From: Epiperipatus broadwayi
Taxonomy: Eukaryota > Animalia > Onychophora
Reading direction: 5' to 3'
Length of the DNA: 64,000 nucleotides
Assembly (NCBI GenBank): GCA_028023455.1
Contig: JAQFVV010000008.1
Coordinates: forward strand, 62,001-126,000
Every line of letters begins with the position of its first letter. The first letter of the stretch is position 1. This document shows positions 27,336 to 41,480 of the stretch, piece by piece. Below the pieces are notes generated by a model, which worked only from the letters and a program-made list of their open reading frames with translations, ran no database searches and had not been told where the DNA came from. The position numbers and the translations under genes are program-made.

Positions 27336-28839
27336 TCAATTTATGTACGATGGCTGACTTCCTTTTTTTGTAGACTTATCTTGCAGAACTTCCATTGGAA
27401 TTTCTTCTTCTGAGCTATAAATAGCCTGATTTGATGTGATAGGATTGGTATTTATTTTATGTTGTTTGTTCTGGCTTCTAGTATTTCTGGAGGTAGAAAC
27501 TTTGATCTGTGATTTAACTGTGGCTGCCTTCAATGGCTTCTGGATATTATTTGTTGGGGGTATTTTATCATTCTGCTGGTGACTTGAGAGATCATCTGAA
27601 AAAGCATTCTCTATCCTTATTTGTTGTTTTTGATTCCAGTCTGTCTGCATGAGATGGTTATTTTCCTATCTTGCATGTTTGACTTTGTATATTATTCCTA
27701 TTACTTGAATCAGGGAAGTACAGAAACACATCTTCATGTTTGACTTGTATATTATTCCTATTACTTGAATCAGGGAAGTACTGAAACACATCTTCAAGAA
27801 TGGACTCCTGCTGGGAACTCTTTTTCTTTAACTTCATTTATGTGTGTAGTCTATTCTGGAATTGATGTTTGCTGGTGATTAATTTGAACCTTCTTGTTAT
27901 CAATAGTATTCTCAGATTCTGTTATTAATGTAGCATTAAGTGAGAAAGAGTGTGTTTGAGCTATGTTATGTGATGTTAGAGTGATATTTTTCCTACATTT
28001 ATGACAGATGGTCATTTTAATTCCATAGTTTGAACACACTCTAGATTGGCAATCTCTAACCAAGTGTGTTCTCTCTAGGCAAAAAAAACATTGAGGCCTC
28101 ACTCCACAAAATGATAGTATCATTGTTGAGTCTTTGTGAAGAATCACTGTTGTATATCAGTAGGTGATATGTTTTCAATTACTATTTGGAAAGAAGCAAT
28201 ATTGGATAGAATTTGAAACCCGACTGTTTCAACCAGAAGGTAGTAGAACTTTCTGACAGTGCCAAAGGCTTTAAGAGATTCCTGGAGATGCTCTTGATAG
28301 AAATTCATGGGACAGTTTTTAATCCTACCGGATAAGACATTTGGTCTAGAAAAATCAATGTAGCATATAAATTTATCATTCAATGTTCTGATATTGTTTT
28401 TAAAATAGTTCTTGGCTACCCAATTGTTAAATTCCAGCGCTATGTAGCGATCATTAGGATGGTTTAAAATCTTGTGAATTCCACTACCTAAGTTATTATC
28501 TTTGATCGATTCAATTAGCAGCTTTGTGGGAAATTTGAATAATGCACAATTTGCATCTGTGACAGCCAAAATTAGATTTTTGTCACTGTTAAAATTAAGC
28601 AGTGATTTATGAAGACTATTAGGTATAGTACTATTAATGCATTGATTGAAGTCTTGATACTGTTGTTCATAATAATTTAGTGTATTAAAGGTATATGCAT
28701 AATTACGTGGATGTTTGGTAGTGATATTTTGATCTAAATCTATTTCCAAGAGATCGAGCAGTATGATATTATCATTAAGGTTAGATGTATAGTATTCTAA
28801 AAAACAAACATCAATTTTCTTGTGAAAATTTAACATCAT
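27336..28839 (-). pseudogene. Tx1-like ORF1 (nucleic-acid-binding, zinc knuckle), fragmented
   Basis: ORFs 28144-28839 (SGRIKNCPMNFYQEHLQESLKAFGTVRK), 27851-28147 (CFFCLERTHLVRDC) and 27336-27650 (S/N/Q-rich tail). Confidence 0.78.
27674..27794 (+). repeat. Tandem duplication of a ~60-bp unit inside ORF1
   Basis: CATGTTTGACT(T)TGTATATTATTCCTATTACTTGAATCAGGGAAGTACWGAAACACATCTT x2. Confidence 0.9.
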
Positions 28840-29533
28840 AATTTAGAGCCCTTGATTTTATCTGGTTAAAAGAATTTATATATTTTAAATATAGCAAGTT
28901 GTTGGAAACAAATATTAAATAATATATCAATACCTATTAATCATAAAATCTATTGGATACATATTTGCAGTGTTTTATTTATTATGGTGTGTTTAATAAT
29001 CAATACATTGATTTCATAATTTTTTTAAAAATTGCAAATTTAGTGATTAGGTTTTTTTCTTTGCTTTTTTCAATAACATTTATGATAAAGCTCAAATATC
29101 CACCGTATTTTGTTTTAGTCTTCCCTGATACATCATACAATTTGTATAATAGCTTGTGTTTTGTTAATAAGCTTTGAGTACAATAGAAGCTTATTGAACT
29201 ATAAGTGTATAATACTTTTTACACATATATGTAAATCACATATATTTTTATATGTATAAAATGCATATATAAATTGAAATTATAATATAAATAAAGTTAA
29301 AAAATAATAATGTAGTTATTAATAATAAATTGACAGAATACATTTATGTATATATTTATTGTGTGTGTGTGTGCCTACTCATTTATAATCACTCAAAAAA
29401 TAAAAATGTGTTATAGTATATCTTCTTTTTTAAAAAAAATAAAATGAATAGCAAATTTCTGATTGTCATCTTGATTAAATACTACCCTTTTTTGGCAATA
29501 ATTTTTTTCTCTATCAGAACATAATAAAAGTCC

Positions 29534-29869
29534 ATTTTCCTTCGCCTTTGTCCAGTCTGGCAGGGACTAAGACAAAACTTCCAGAAACACATTGATAATA
29601 ATGGTCCAGATCTAACATCTCTTGAAGGGGTTTTAAATAGAGGCATTTTCGCTGAAATCAGGCTCGCCACCTACATAAACTTTGCCATCTGGTTGACCAG
29701 ATGCAAGGTGATTTTTCAAAAATTACCGCTTAACGAAATCAATAACTGCTTTCTCAGCATAATTAAAAATATCCAAGAAACAGACAAGAGAGAGGCCGAT
29801 CCATACCTGGCCATATTAACATGGGAATTCACAACTGGTCTAAACAGCACCTCTCCAACCAACCCCTAA
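29534..29869 (+). pseudogene. 3' end of an L1/Tx1-type ORF2 (5'-truncated copy), frame open for 111 codons
   Basis: IFLRLCPVWQGLRQNFQKHI...YINFAIWLTRCKVIFQK...TNP*. Resembles the post-CCHC region of the 23.9-kb element (HLVCSCPGLW...YALWTTLCKIIF). Confidence 0.72.
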
Positions 29870-32800
29870 ATAATTTATATGAAAATATTTATTATGACTT
29901 AATATCTTATTATGATTTAATAAAACCCTCCAACCATAACTTGCCAAAACAGGGTTTACTAACAAAGGTATTTCGTTATAGACTAGATGATTAATACTCA
30001 CCTTGCATCCACAGGTTATATTCTACTGACTTTTGAATCATTTCTTCTCTGTATATACCACCCTGTAACCTCGACTAGATATTTCTTGTTATTTTTTTAT
30101 TTTTTTTTTTTTTTTGTAATCACTTATAGGTCAAATAAAATTATCTTGAAAGAGAAAAGTCCATTTTCAGCAGATTATACCCTCTCTAATTGTTTTGATG
30201 TTCTAAAGTCTATATCAACTTCATTAATATTCTTAAATTTTGTAAAAAAATAAAGAAATGGCATTACACTTAGAAAACATTTTATTACACAAAATACTGT
30301 CAAATTCTGAATGAATAATAATGGGAAGTTTTCAATATAAGCAGAACATGTGATCTGAGATGGGAAATTGACTACTGTTTTATTGTAAAATTTATTAAGT
30401 TTACAAATTTCAATTTTTTTTTACAATTTTTTTTTTGTTTATTTACATATGTTTACAATACAATTATGGACTGAGTTTACTTTAATTGCAAAGAAAATTT
30501 GGTTAAGTAAATTTGCATTTAAAATTTGAGAATGTTATATTTCATAAATAAAAAAAATGTACTGTACCAAGATTTGTAAAATGTATCAAGATTGTGAATT
30601 TCAATGTTATTATTATTTATTAGTTTATCTTTTTTGTTTGTTTGTTTATATGCATTTTTGATGGCATACAACTGAATTCATGCATGTTGCTACAGCATAT
30701 ATCATGGCTTCACTATATGTCAGATTTTTAATAATATTTTGAAATGAAAGTTTATTGTAAGATTTTTACTAGCCTTTTAAGACATTTTTATAACTGTTAT
30801 TTAATAATTCTCTAAATAAAAGTGAAAATCACAAAATTTTGAAAATGGAAAATTAATAAAATGAAAGAAAAACATGACAGCCATATCAGTTATTTAATTG
30901 TATTAATTTACTTGTGGTAATGAAACCCTTTTTTTTTATTTTTAAAATATCTTATTCAATTATTCAAGATTAGATTTTTAATATGTTGCTTGAATGAATC
31001 TTAACCATACTAAAATAATAAAATCCAATTAATTTGAAATTTTTCAATACTATCTCATAATTTGTCAGATGGCACAACATTCTGGATTATCTATTAATTT
31101 ATTGTATTCAGTACTAATTAAAAAAAATTTAAGTTATTTTAAAAAAATGTTTTTTATCTCTTATATGATTTTGCTTTGTGTGATATAATAATAAATCTTT
31201 GTCTTTATTTATGTTATAATTTATATAATGTATAATGATGGTCTACTAATACTACAAATCAAAGCAAAGTTTAATATAAACACATATTACCATTTTCAGA
31301 AAAAAAAAAATCAATATCAGTGATAATAGGTTTTTTTCCCTCTGGTTGGTTGGTTCACTTCTGAGACCCTTAATTAATTAATATTATAAATTATACTTGT
31401 TTTTAATTTTTTTTTAATTGAATTATCTTTTTATTTAATTCACTGTTGAATTATGAGCTTTTTAATTTATTGCTAGATAAAAGTATTAATTTTTAACTAT
31501 TAATATTAAATAGCTGCTATGAAGTTGGAATGAATTAATTAATGTCAAACTTGTTTTATAAATTGTACTTGCTTTTTTAAAAATTAGAATTATATATATA
31601 TTCTATGCAGGAATAATGATTGAAAATAATTTTTGAGGACTCATTATCTAATTATGATAGTGAAATTATATAAGAAAATAAAGTTTAATTGAATTCAATA
31701 TAAGTTTAATATAATTACAAAAAAAAAATCAAGTCAGATGTCACACGATTACCAGAAAAAATAGATTAATTTAGTCTTTGCTATAATTTTATTATTTTTT
31801 ATCTAAAAAACAAAAACAAAAATGGACCTATAACTTTTATTGATTTTATTTTGAGAAATGGTGAGCATATACCATGTAGTTGTAATAAAATTAAATCTTT
31901 GCATTTCTTATGTTTCTTTAACAAATTTCTTCATTTTCATTTGTTAGTAGTTTTTTCATTATTTAATGGCTTTAAACTTTTAAAGTGAAATTGAGATAAT
32001 TTTAGAAGGGATATTCTATTATAACTTCTATTTTTGTGTATTGTATATTCTTATTAGTATATCATATATTTATCTTTAATATCTTTTTTTCAGGTATATG
32101 ATTTTATTAATTTTTAAATTATAAACAAAATTGTTCACTTCTTTTTAAATATATATCCGAAATATGTGAGCACCAATAAAGCACGTTAAACATGACAATC
32201 CAATTCAGTTGACCAAACTGAGATTTTTTTTCTTTACTTACCTCATATGGCTATTTATGCAAAAATATTTTGCTCCTTACCTTGCCACTAGACTAAATTG
32301 CAAATTTCTGTTTACTTAAATTGAGACTGAGAATTTTATTTATTTATATTTGTAGAAGTTTTATTGGTGGATTAGGACCCTAAACGTTTTGTTCTATTAT
32401 AGTATAAAATAGTAAATTAGATGATTTGTGGGTTTTTTTTTTATTATAAAAATAATAATTATTATTTGATTAGTTGTTATTCAGGAAATTATGTCATGTT
32501 TGAGTACTCAAGTGGAAAATTAAACATAACATGTTATTTTTAACTTTATTTAGTTGAGATTCAATTCAGGAACATATAGCTATTGAGTCTATCACTCTAG
32601 CATTGTTCTATGCACAAGATCACAGATTTCGTAGATAAACCCAGTTATTGTAACTGCTAGACCACACAAATTTTTTTTATTAATATTGATAAATGTTTTT
32701 CTCCTAATGTGTAAGAACATAATATAGAATTTTATATTCATAAGTCTTATTCTTTTTTAGATCTGGTGGATCAAATGACATAAAGAGGCACTTAAGTTAC

Positions 32801-33236
32801 AATTGTAGTGAAAAAATAATGTTTGATTCTTCCAATATTTTAATGGCATTGAAAATAAACATTATGTTATGGAATGCAAATAGAATTTTTTATATATATT
32901 TTTGGAATAAGAAGATTATTGAAAATGAAAATAATTCCATTTTTTAATGTAAACTTAGTAAATTTGAATTTGTTTCAAAATGATTTTCATTGTTAAGTTT
33001 TATTGAGAGATTCTAAATATAAAATGATATATAAATCATTAATAAGATTCAAGTAATATTGTTAATTTATGATTATATTATATTAGGCCAGTGCTAACTA
33101 GATAAACTATTAAAATAGAGGCAAAATTCTCCATAAATTAGTGCCACCCAGTGCAAATCAGATTAATCAATAGATGCAATAGATAAGCATAAGGAATAGT
33201 GATCTTGTAGTGTTTACTGGTTTAACTATTAACACT

Positions 33237-33345
33237 GTCTTGCATTGGTGGTCGAGAGGTCAGCGCGATTGCCTTGCACTTGCAGGCAGTTGCCCGGGTT
33301 GCGGGTTCGCGTCCCGGACGATACTATGGCACTTAAAAAGAAAAA
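33237..33345 (+). mobile_element. tRNA-derived SINE, copy 3 (best-preserved Pol III boxes)
   Basis: A-box-like TGGTCGAGAGG, B-box GGTTCGCGTCC, A tail; imperfect TSD AACTATTAA(AA)CACTG at 33224-33237 and 33346-33361. Confidence 0.85.
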
Positions 33346-33672
33346 AACTATTAAAACACTGAAAAATTTAAAGCATATAAAAATTGAAAAAAAAAAAATC
33401 TTCATATAATGGTAGATTTGAAAGATTAAAATAAATTGTTAAATAGGCTAGCAAACAAGAAACAAACGATCAATGGTGATGATCAAATCTTATCTCTTTG
33501 TCATAATACCATATTGCCTGATTATCCAACTTACCTTTAGACAAAAAAAATCTAGCATTTATGTATAACTTTAATGATTGATGTTGTTTATAAATAGTTT
33601 TATTATTATTATTTATAAGCAGAATGGTTGAAGAAAGACGAAAGGATAATTATGAAAATGAGAATATAATTG

Positions 33673-33880
33673 TAGGGATTTGAACATAGACTTTCAAGCT
33701 TTCTTCAGCTATCCACTCTATCTCATACAACGGATACACGTGACCACACGTATGTGGTCCAGATCAGATCATCTCCCACGTACATATATAATCAATGCTC
33801 GGTTTATATTAAGATAGCAAATCTTTAAACTTTAATGGACAGGTTTCAATCTATTCCACCCTGCAACTCTTCAGGCATCA
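33673..33880 (-). mobile_element. Hammerhead-family repeat, copy B (ribozyme core deleted)
   Basis: Matches copy A and the 53.3-kb arms on both sides but jumps from ...ATGTG to GTCCAGATCA, lacking the TTTC...TCATCAG core. Confidence 0.78.
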
Positions 33881-34639
33881 TATCAATAGAAAAAAGAAAA
33901 GACATTAAATGACAAAAAAAAAAACATTGTGATATATTTTGGATAACTTTTTATTAAATAATAAAAAAAAACCTTCTAAATTGAATGTAAAACTTTATAA
34001 ATTATAACAAATGAATCGTTTATAGTAGAAATAAATAAAACTTTTCAAAAGATTATAATAAATCTTTTACTAGATAAACTGGATTAATTCCAGTGAAACC
34101 TAATACAGTCCTGCCTTTCACTAACCTGTCAAAATTAATAAAAGGTTAGCCTTATTTTAATTGATAGTAAATTTAGACTCTTTTTTTTTTTTTTATTCTT
34201 GGTATGTATGTTCAAATTTAATTGGATAATATAAATTAATTTTTGATATCTGCTTTCTACTTTGATTTTTAATTTAACAGGATTTAAGGTTGACTTAATG
34301 GCCTAATATTTATCATGATATTTTCTATTGGTTGCTAATTTAAAATCACTCATTTGAAAATTTATTTTATTTTATACAAATGAATTTCAGATTCCCTACT
34401 AGATAGTAGTTCTAAAAAGTAAATTATTTTAATATTTATATTTCTCTTAAATTATGTATGCTAATTTGTTTACATCCTTAAAGTGTGTATTTATTACAAA
34501 ACTTGCTATTGTTTTTTTATATTTTTAAAAGTTAAAATAAATAATATTGATCTTATTTTAATGTTTAAATAAACTTATTTAAATTTAAAACTGTTCTTCA
34601 TGCATTCAGAACTTCTCTAATGATTCTAAGGTGTAGGAA

Positions 34640-35400
34640 TACTTGCCGTCATTATCACAAGTGTTACATATAGATACTTCAATGATTTGCCTCCCGTGAG
34701 ATTGGCATTGCACATCAGTTTATATTGTTTTCTGGAATTGTTTTCTTTCTTAATATCATCTATCAATTTCTTTTCTACAATTTTTTTTTCACTTTCTCTT
34801 AATGTGCAAAATTCCTTTCAATATGTTTTTCTTTGTTAATTCCATTTCCTCTACACATTAACCAAACCACCACCCCCTCCACTTTTTTTAAAAAACAAAT
34901 GGCTGAGATGTACTTTATGTGAGGTTTTGTTGGTTTTTAAAATATATTTCCTATTCTTTAGCAAATTCACATTCGTAGAATCTGTTTTTTTTTACCTAAT
35001 TGCCTAAATGTCTGCTCTATATTGCAATTGTTGGCCTAATGTTGGAGTTATTTCCCAATATGACTGCTAGATGCTTGAAATACTGGAGATGAGAGATCCG
35101 TATACAGGTTTAAATATGTATCTAATGTTTTAACAACTCTTCATATTTTAGCTGAATACCACCAAGTCTGGAAGATGATTTAAATTGGGTTAAACTCCAA
35201 TCTTATTGGACATATACTCTTCTATTTTGTGTTTTTAATGAATGACATTATAGTCAGTATTCTCCTTCAATGCTATAAAATAAACTAGCAATAAAAGAAC
35301 AGTTAAATTATTACCTTTGAAAACCTTTTCTTATCTTTTTCCATTTTAGTCATCTATTGAACCATTAAAGAAAATAAACATTAGACAATATTAATTTGAC
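34640..35400 (-). mobile_element. Heavily decayed LINE 3' region (RTE-like)
   Basis: Minus-strand fragments resembling ILKG.I...DVQC.S...; boundaries approximate. Confidence 0.35.
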
Positions 35401-36130
35401 AAATATTTTAATAAATTTATTAGTATATCAAACTATTTAGAATGTCACCATTGATTGATGAGCCAAGATCTTCTGTTTCAATTCAATATTACAACTAGTT
35501 TTACTTTTCATAGGGGTTGCTTTTCTTTTATCAGGTTCACAATGATATTATCCAGTTACAACCAGTCTTTTAAATACACTAGATATTTATTTTTACACTT
35601 CCCAAATGATTTTTTTAAAACTTTAATTGATTTTCAGGTTTAAAAATTCTAAAACTCATATTGTAGACTTTAATAATGACTTTAACAAATATTGTGATTG
35701 CAATGTGTTTATTTATGATTTTGAAGTACATTGTTTTTGGAAATTTATTTTATCCCTGACATTTTTAAACATTCTCTTATTGTTAACTTATTTTCTTATT
35801 AATAGGTTTGAAGTGTCTTAATCATCTCAGATCATCATGTTTGCCTACATTATATAATACAATGATAAGATATCAGAATTGAAATGCCTTATTGACAAAA
35901 TCAAATAATAAAAACACTAATAAATATGTGATCACACCATTAATTTATATGCATCAAATGTAACCAAATATATATATAAAGAATACTAGCCATGAAAAAT
36001 AATAAATTCTGTATGGAGTACATATAGCAAGTCTATGTTAACTGCAAATGGCAAGTAGAAATAATTTTATCATTAAGACAATGTTTTTGCTCAAACATCC
36101 ATATACAGGGTTCATAGTGCAGGGTTACAT

Positions 36131-36172
36131 TAATTGTTCATGAAAACCAAATAATTGTTCATGAAAACCAAA
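36131..36172 (+). repeat. Perfect 21-bp tandem duplication
   Basis: TAATTGTTCATGAAAACCAAA x2. Confidence 0.9.
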
Positions 36173-37987
36173 TAAAATAAGTTTATGGTAAACTTCTTTT
36201 AATTCAAATAAAAGGGATAATAGCTAACAATAAGTATATTCACTGACAAATAAATATCTTATATATAAAGCATATATAACTCTGCATTTAATTATCTAAA
36301 TCTTTCCATTAATCGGTAACATTAATCCAAATTGCTTCAACACCAGCTATAAATCATAAATGATGATTGTTATAAAAATAAATTCCAATTATTTAGCATA
36401 CTATCTCTTTAACTTGATTTCATTTAAATAAAACATGGTCATAAATAATATATTTCTAATGTCTATGTAAATTTTCACAATTAATAAATAATTCTATTTC
36501 CAATAGCAGAAACTTAATGAATTGGCATTATACATGTACATTCCTATGCATACATTTTTCATGCACTAACTTTAATTTATCTTTATTCTAACATTTGGTA
36601 CATTTATTAAATTTTAATTGATTTTTGTAAAGCTCATTTTTATTTTAAATCCTTTCAATTTTTTTATATGTAAATTATTTTCATGCATATTAATTTTAAA
36701 AAAACGTCTACCTGAAATTGCACAAAGCAACATATATAAAATAATGTACAAACAATTGTTTATTTTAAAAAGAAATACATTTCAATATCTTTTTTTATTT
36801 TTATGATTTGTTTTTTTTTTCAACCACAATTAAATCATTAAGGTAAGTGACAGTCATTATTTTTTTTTGTTCCCCTTCCCATCTCTAGGCATATTCTTAA
36901 AGATCTCACAACATATTTTTAACTATAATAAATGGACATATAATTTTTTTAAAAAAATCATTATATTAAATAAAGAAACATAAGATTAGCTCCTTTTTTT
37001 TGTAATGTAAATTAGACCAAGATAAAATAAATTTACATCTTGAATCTATTTCTAAGTCTTGTAATGACAAATTTCTTTTCTTTCTTAAAGTTTATATACA
37101 AAATTATGTGTAATATATATTGTAACTGTCAGAATTGCACAACTTACATTCACCCAAGGACAATTTACATATACTTTCCACATTCTGACATCACAGAATA
37201 CCAAGTCCAAGTTTTTCTTTTACAGCTCGCTAAGATCAGAGAAAAAATAAGAGACTTAACTAATTAGCTAAATTGTTGATGGCAAATAAAAATTATAAAA
37301 TGCCAAAAATAATGAGACAACACTATTTATTCATGTATATACTACACAAAATATATACTGGGGTGATTTTAGTAATTAATTTATAACATAAACTTTTCCA
37401 AATTTTCTTAGATTATTTAATTTTAATTATGCACAGATATAGTATACTGTGGTATAAAGATTTAAAACAATTGATATTATTTTAGAATACTATTAATGTT
37501 AATTATTTGAACGGATGCCAATCTATTACATAGACACCTAATTGCTCTCTACTCTCATATGCACAGTTCTAATGCTAACTGATACAAGCTTATAAACTAA
37601 GGCAGATTTTACTACTTGACTGTTGTGATCGATTACAGATTGTGATATTATTATGCAATAGATAATAAAATATAATTGTAAAATACAGATTTACATCTGT
37701 ATTACAATAGTTATATAAGAACAAATACATGTGATAATTGTTTGCCTATGGTAGGAATTAATCTTCTACCACATGTATAGCATACAGTGACTGACAGTTG
37801 CATATGTATCACTCCATAACATGTATGAAAGTAAAATGGATGGCATGCGGTAGGAATTCATCATATATTTCACATCATTGTTTAAATAAGATAATCATTG
37901 TAAGAGATCAGCAGTCACAAAAGATATTACAATCACTAAATATTAATGAGTTATGTAAGAATGATAATCAGATGTAATTCATAACAT

Positions 37988-38045
37988 AAATTAATGTATA
38001 CCAGCCATACATACTTAAATTAATGTATACCAGCCATACATACTT
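37988..38045 (+). repeat. Perfect 29-bp tandem duplication
   Basis: AAATTAATGTATACCAGCCATACATACTT x2. Confidence 0.9.
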
Positions 38046-41000
38046 ATCAATACTAATAATTCAAATATAAGACCAGTTAGCTGAAACTGATATCTATTTA
38101 ACAGAACCCCCAATTTAGCTTGACTATGTAGCCCAATTGCCTTCCACTCATAATTTAATAAATTTACTGCTTTAACATATTTATCTTTTAAATAAAGTAG
38201 AAGTAAAAATTTAACTAATATACACCTTTTAATAGCATGGCAAGAGATTGCAATTATAAGCTAATTGCCTTTTTATAAACTTAATTTATTACCATTAGTC
38301 CAACTAAATTGTGGCATGATATTTAAATAGAACAATTACAATCTCTTGTCATAATAGATTAATTACATAACTATTAATATATTTTATTAAATTGGAGACA
38401 ATAATTAACTAAATATTAGTTAAAAGTTATACTTATTCTTTCAGCTTAATTTGTGTTCAGCTTTATCCTTTAGGTATTGATGGAGTTGATTCTTAAAACC
38501 ATAATTATGGTCTATGAAGGTTGAAATCACTGTTTCATATTCATTTTGGATGCACAAATATCAATGAAGTCTTGTTTTGAGACTAGTTCTTCCTGTACCA
38601 CTCACTAGACATCAGATTTTTCCTCTTCTAAGGTGGATACATGGTGGGCACATGTTCAGATGGTTGTTGTTGATGGCTTCTTTGATATGATTCAGGATGG
38701 TTTTTTAGCATGTCCTCTGCCAGCTTGACAGAATAAGGCAGATAATTGCTTCTCTTCTCTGGCATGGTAGACTTGTTGGAACTTGCAAATAAAAATTAAT
38801 TAAAACAATAATAATACTGACAAAATAATAATCACTGACTGAATAAAAATAGAATGAACGCAGAATAATGATAGCAAGCTTTCAAGATCTAAGATTCAAG
38901 ATAGAATCTTAATAATGAATGTAGATTCATTACCAATGTAATTTTCAGCAGTATATATATATATATGATTTGGAGTTATCTGTAAAATTCAGATCGATCT
39001 CTTATAGTTTGGATCCTCTAATTTATTGGATATAGGTAACTCCATTACTTTCACTGAGGTCTGAGTTTATTTGTCAAATATCCTGTTTGCATGCTCTTAT
39101 TTTTGTGTGGAAATAACAGTTTTTTTAATTAAATTATTTTAATCATTTATCTCCTAAATTTTAATCTAGTAATCTGTTTATAAGCATTTTAATTACTTTT
39201 CTAGAGTGTCATTTCCACCTTTTTTTATTGTTAAAACAAAAACCTTTTTCTTTTAAACTACTTTTAAGTTAAATTTAAAATCAATTATCATTTTAATTTT
39301 TAGAAATTATTATGCATTTAACACAAACTAACTTTATAATTAATTATACTGTATATCTCTATTTGTGCATTTATAATACATATATTTAATTTTTATTTCT
39401 TAAATTTTTGTTTGTAATTGTTTTATATGCGAACATGAAATATATATATATATGTACATATATATATAGCTTCAATATATATAATATGAAAATACTATAA
39501 TAAAGAATAATATATTAAATTAAGTAAACCAAGTATACTTTCAATGCATGAGTGTCAGTATACTCAATTTATTTAATTTAATACATTTTTACTCTCTTAT
39601 AGTATTTTTATATTATTAATAATGGCAGAGTATCAAGGTATTACATATGTAAATAATAATTTGGATTCATAGCTTTAATTTTCAGGTAATCCTTGAGCAC
39701 TCATCTAACTTGTTTATGAATTCAGCAGAAAAATTTATTATTCTTGCACAAAATAGTATATATCTAATAAATATTGCAGTCTTGTAAAATTTCTGAAAAG
39801 ACCTAATTCTCATAATTAGTTTGGGAGTGATTCACAATAAGCAAGCATGGAAAACAATATTCAGGATACCAAGAGAGATTCTATGGATTTTTATTTACTC
39901 ATTTGTGGTTTCTTTTTTCCATATAGCAGTTATTTTGTTAACTTTTAAGTTTTTATGGTGTTTCACTATGGTTCTTTTTTTAGCTATCTCTATTGTAGAG
40001 AGAAATCCATGAAAAAAAAACAAAAAAACAATCTGACTACCTAAATAACATGTCATTTTTGATCTTCATATAAGTTAATGATAATTATTTTATTTTTTCT
40101 CCTTGCATAAAATTTGATAAACAAGTTATCTGAATCACATACCAACTGGTATTAAATATAATTTACTAATTACCCTGTTATACAAAAACCATTACCAAAA
40201 TTATTTAATTAAAACTTTTATTTTGAATTTACCTATTTACAATGTGTTTTGCAAAAAACATTTATCAAAAATAATTACATTGTTTTTTTTTTAAAACATA
40301 CTTACTAAAACTAGACTTGATTAAAACTTTGATGTTGAATTCTTAATAAATGAACCTTAATTAAATCTGTTTAACAAAAATAGATTTATTACAAGAAAAA
40401 CAACCCATTTCAAATTTAGAATTGGGCTTAAGACTTAAATTATGTAAACCAATACTGGAAATTTTAACTTCTCCACATGCACATGAATACAAATAATTTA
40501 AGATGTTTATATGTGTAGATGTGTATATAGATTTTTACTTGAGCCTGACCAAAAAAAAAAACTATGCTGTTGCTCTCACTCCCTCTTTCTGACTGATTTT
40601 ATACCCCCCCCCATACTTTTAACTTTGGTAACTGGTTAATACATTTCAATATAAAGGAAAACTCCAAATAAATCATTACAAACTGTTTTTACATTCTGAT
40701 TTCAAATGTCCATAGAAGATAGATTGTTCTGATGAACTATTTTACTTTCTTTATCATTGTTTCCATTATCATTTAAACAACTTTTTAAATAAACCACTAA
40801 CTTTTATTGTAATTTCATATCAATTGCTTTTACTAAATTTTTATCTTATTTCTCTATTTTTGTTGATTTAATTTTAAATGTATTTATTTTAATCCCTAAA
40901 TTACTAGAAATTCTATTTCCCTATTTTAATACTATGTCACATTTCCCCTCACTTTTTACAAACAATTTCAGTGTTAACCTCTTTATTATTATGACAGGCT

Positions 41001-41229
41001 ATATGAACTAGTAATATAATGATAAATTTGAAAGTTAAAATTCCATGGATCACAACTCTGCTCCATCACCTAGCAATTATTTGGTTACTTTTATATCTTT
41101 ATGGCCATGTGCTTTTGGCAATTTGTCTAAATAAATATTTCGATTCATCTAAATACATATATACCTTAATTTATCTTTAGTTGTTTTTTTTTATATTTAA
41201 TTCTTCTCAAAAACTTTAATATTATATAT

Positions 41230-41480
41230 ATATATTCTGGTTCACATGTAAATTTCTTAGTTTTTTCCAAATTTTCATTGTTTTTTTTCTTTTTTTTTTT
41301 AGAATATTCAGCCAAATAATCCAATTCAGTTTACCAAAAGCTTCTTTATGATAAATAAAGCAAAAATATTTTCTTTTTTTTTCATATTGTTCATTACTTG
41401 TCCTCATTGCCTCAATTACACCTTTCCCCCTCTTTTTTTTTTTTTCTAAATTCAAACTAATTTTTATATGTCTCATATAT
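41230..41480 (-). mobile_element. Small decayed LINE RT fragment (related fragment at ~32190-32340)
   Basis: FCFIYHKEAFGKLNWIIWLNILKK resembles FIDxEKAFDxVNWxxLxxILK; shares CCAATTCAGTT with ~32200. Confidence 0.45.

Larger units (their letters stand above)
23893..28860 (-). mobile_element. Near-full-length decayed L1/Tx1-clade LINE (~5 kb)
   Basis: Ordered minus-strand ORF1 (RRM-like region, CX2CX4HX4C knuckle) followed by ORF2 (APE endonuclease, RT, C-terminal CCHC); multiple stops and frameshifts. Confidence 0.88.

Noticed and set aside
33237-33345. Functional tRNA gene
   Set aside because: No closed acceptor stem, insertion in the variable region, A tail and TSD. It is a SINE.
33835-33880. 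Second hammerhead-like motif in the repeat family (minus strand CTGAAGA...GAAACCTGTC)
   Set aside because: No convincing stem II, stem I register off by one, and the motif is not conserved in copy A (CCAAAGA...GAAG).
38430-38790. GC-richer block as a host exon or RT fragment
   Set aside because: No frame gave a recognisable motif or clean splice boundaries; left unassigned.
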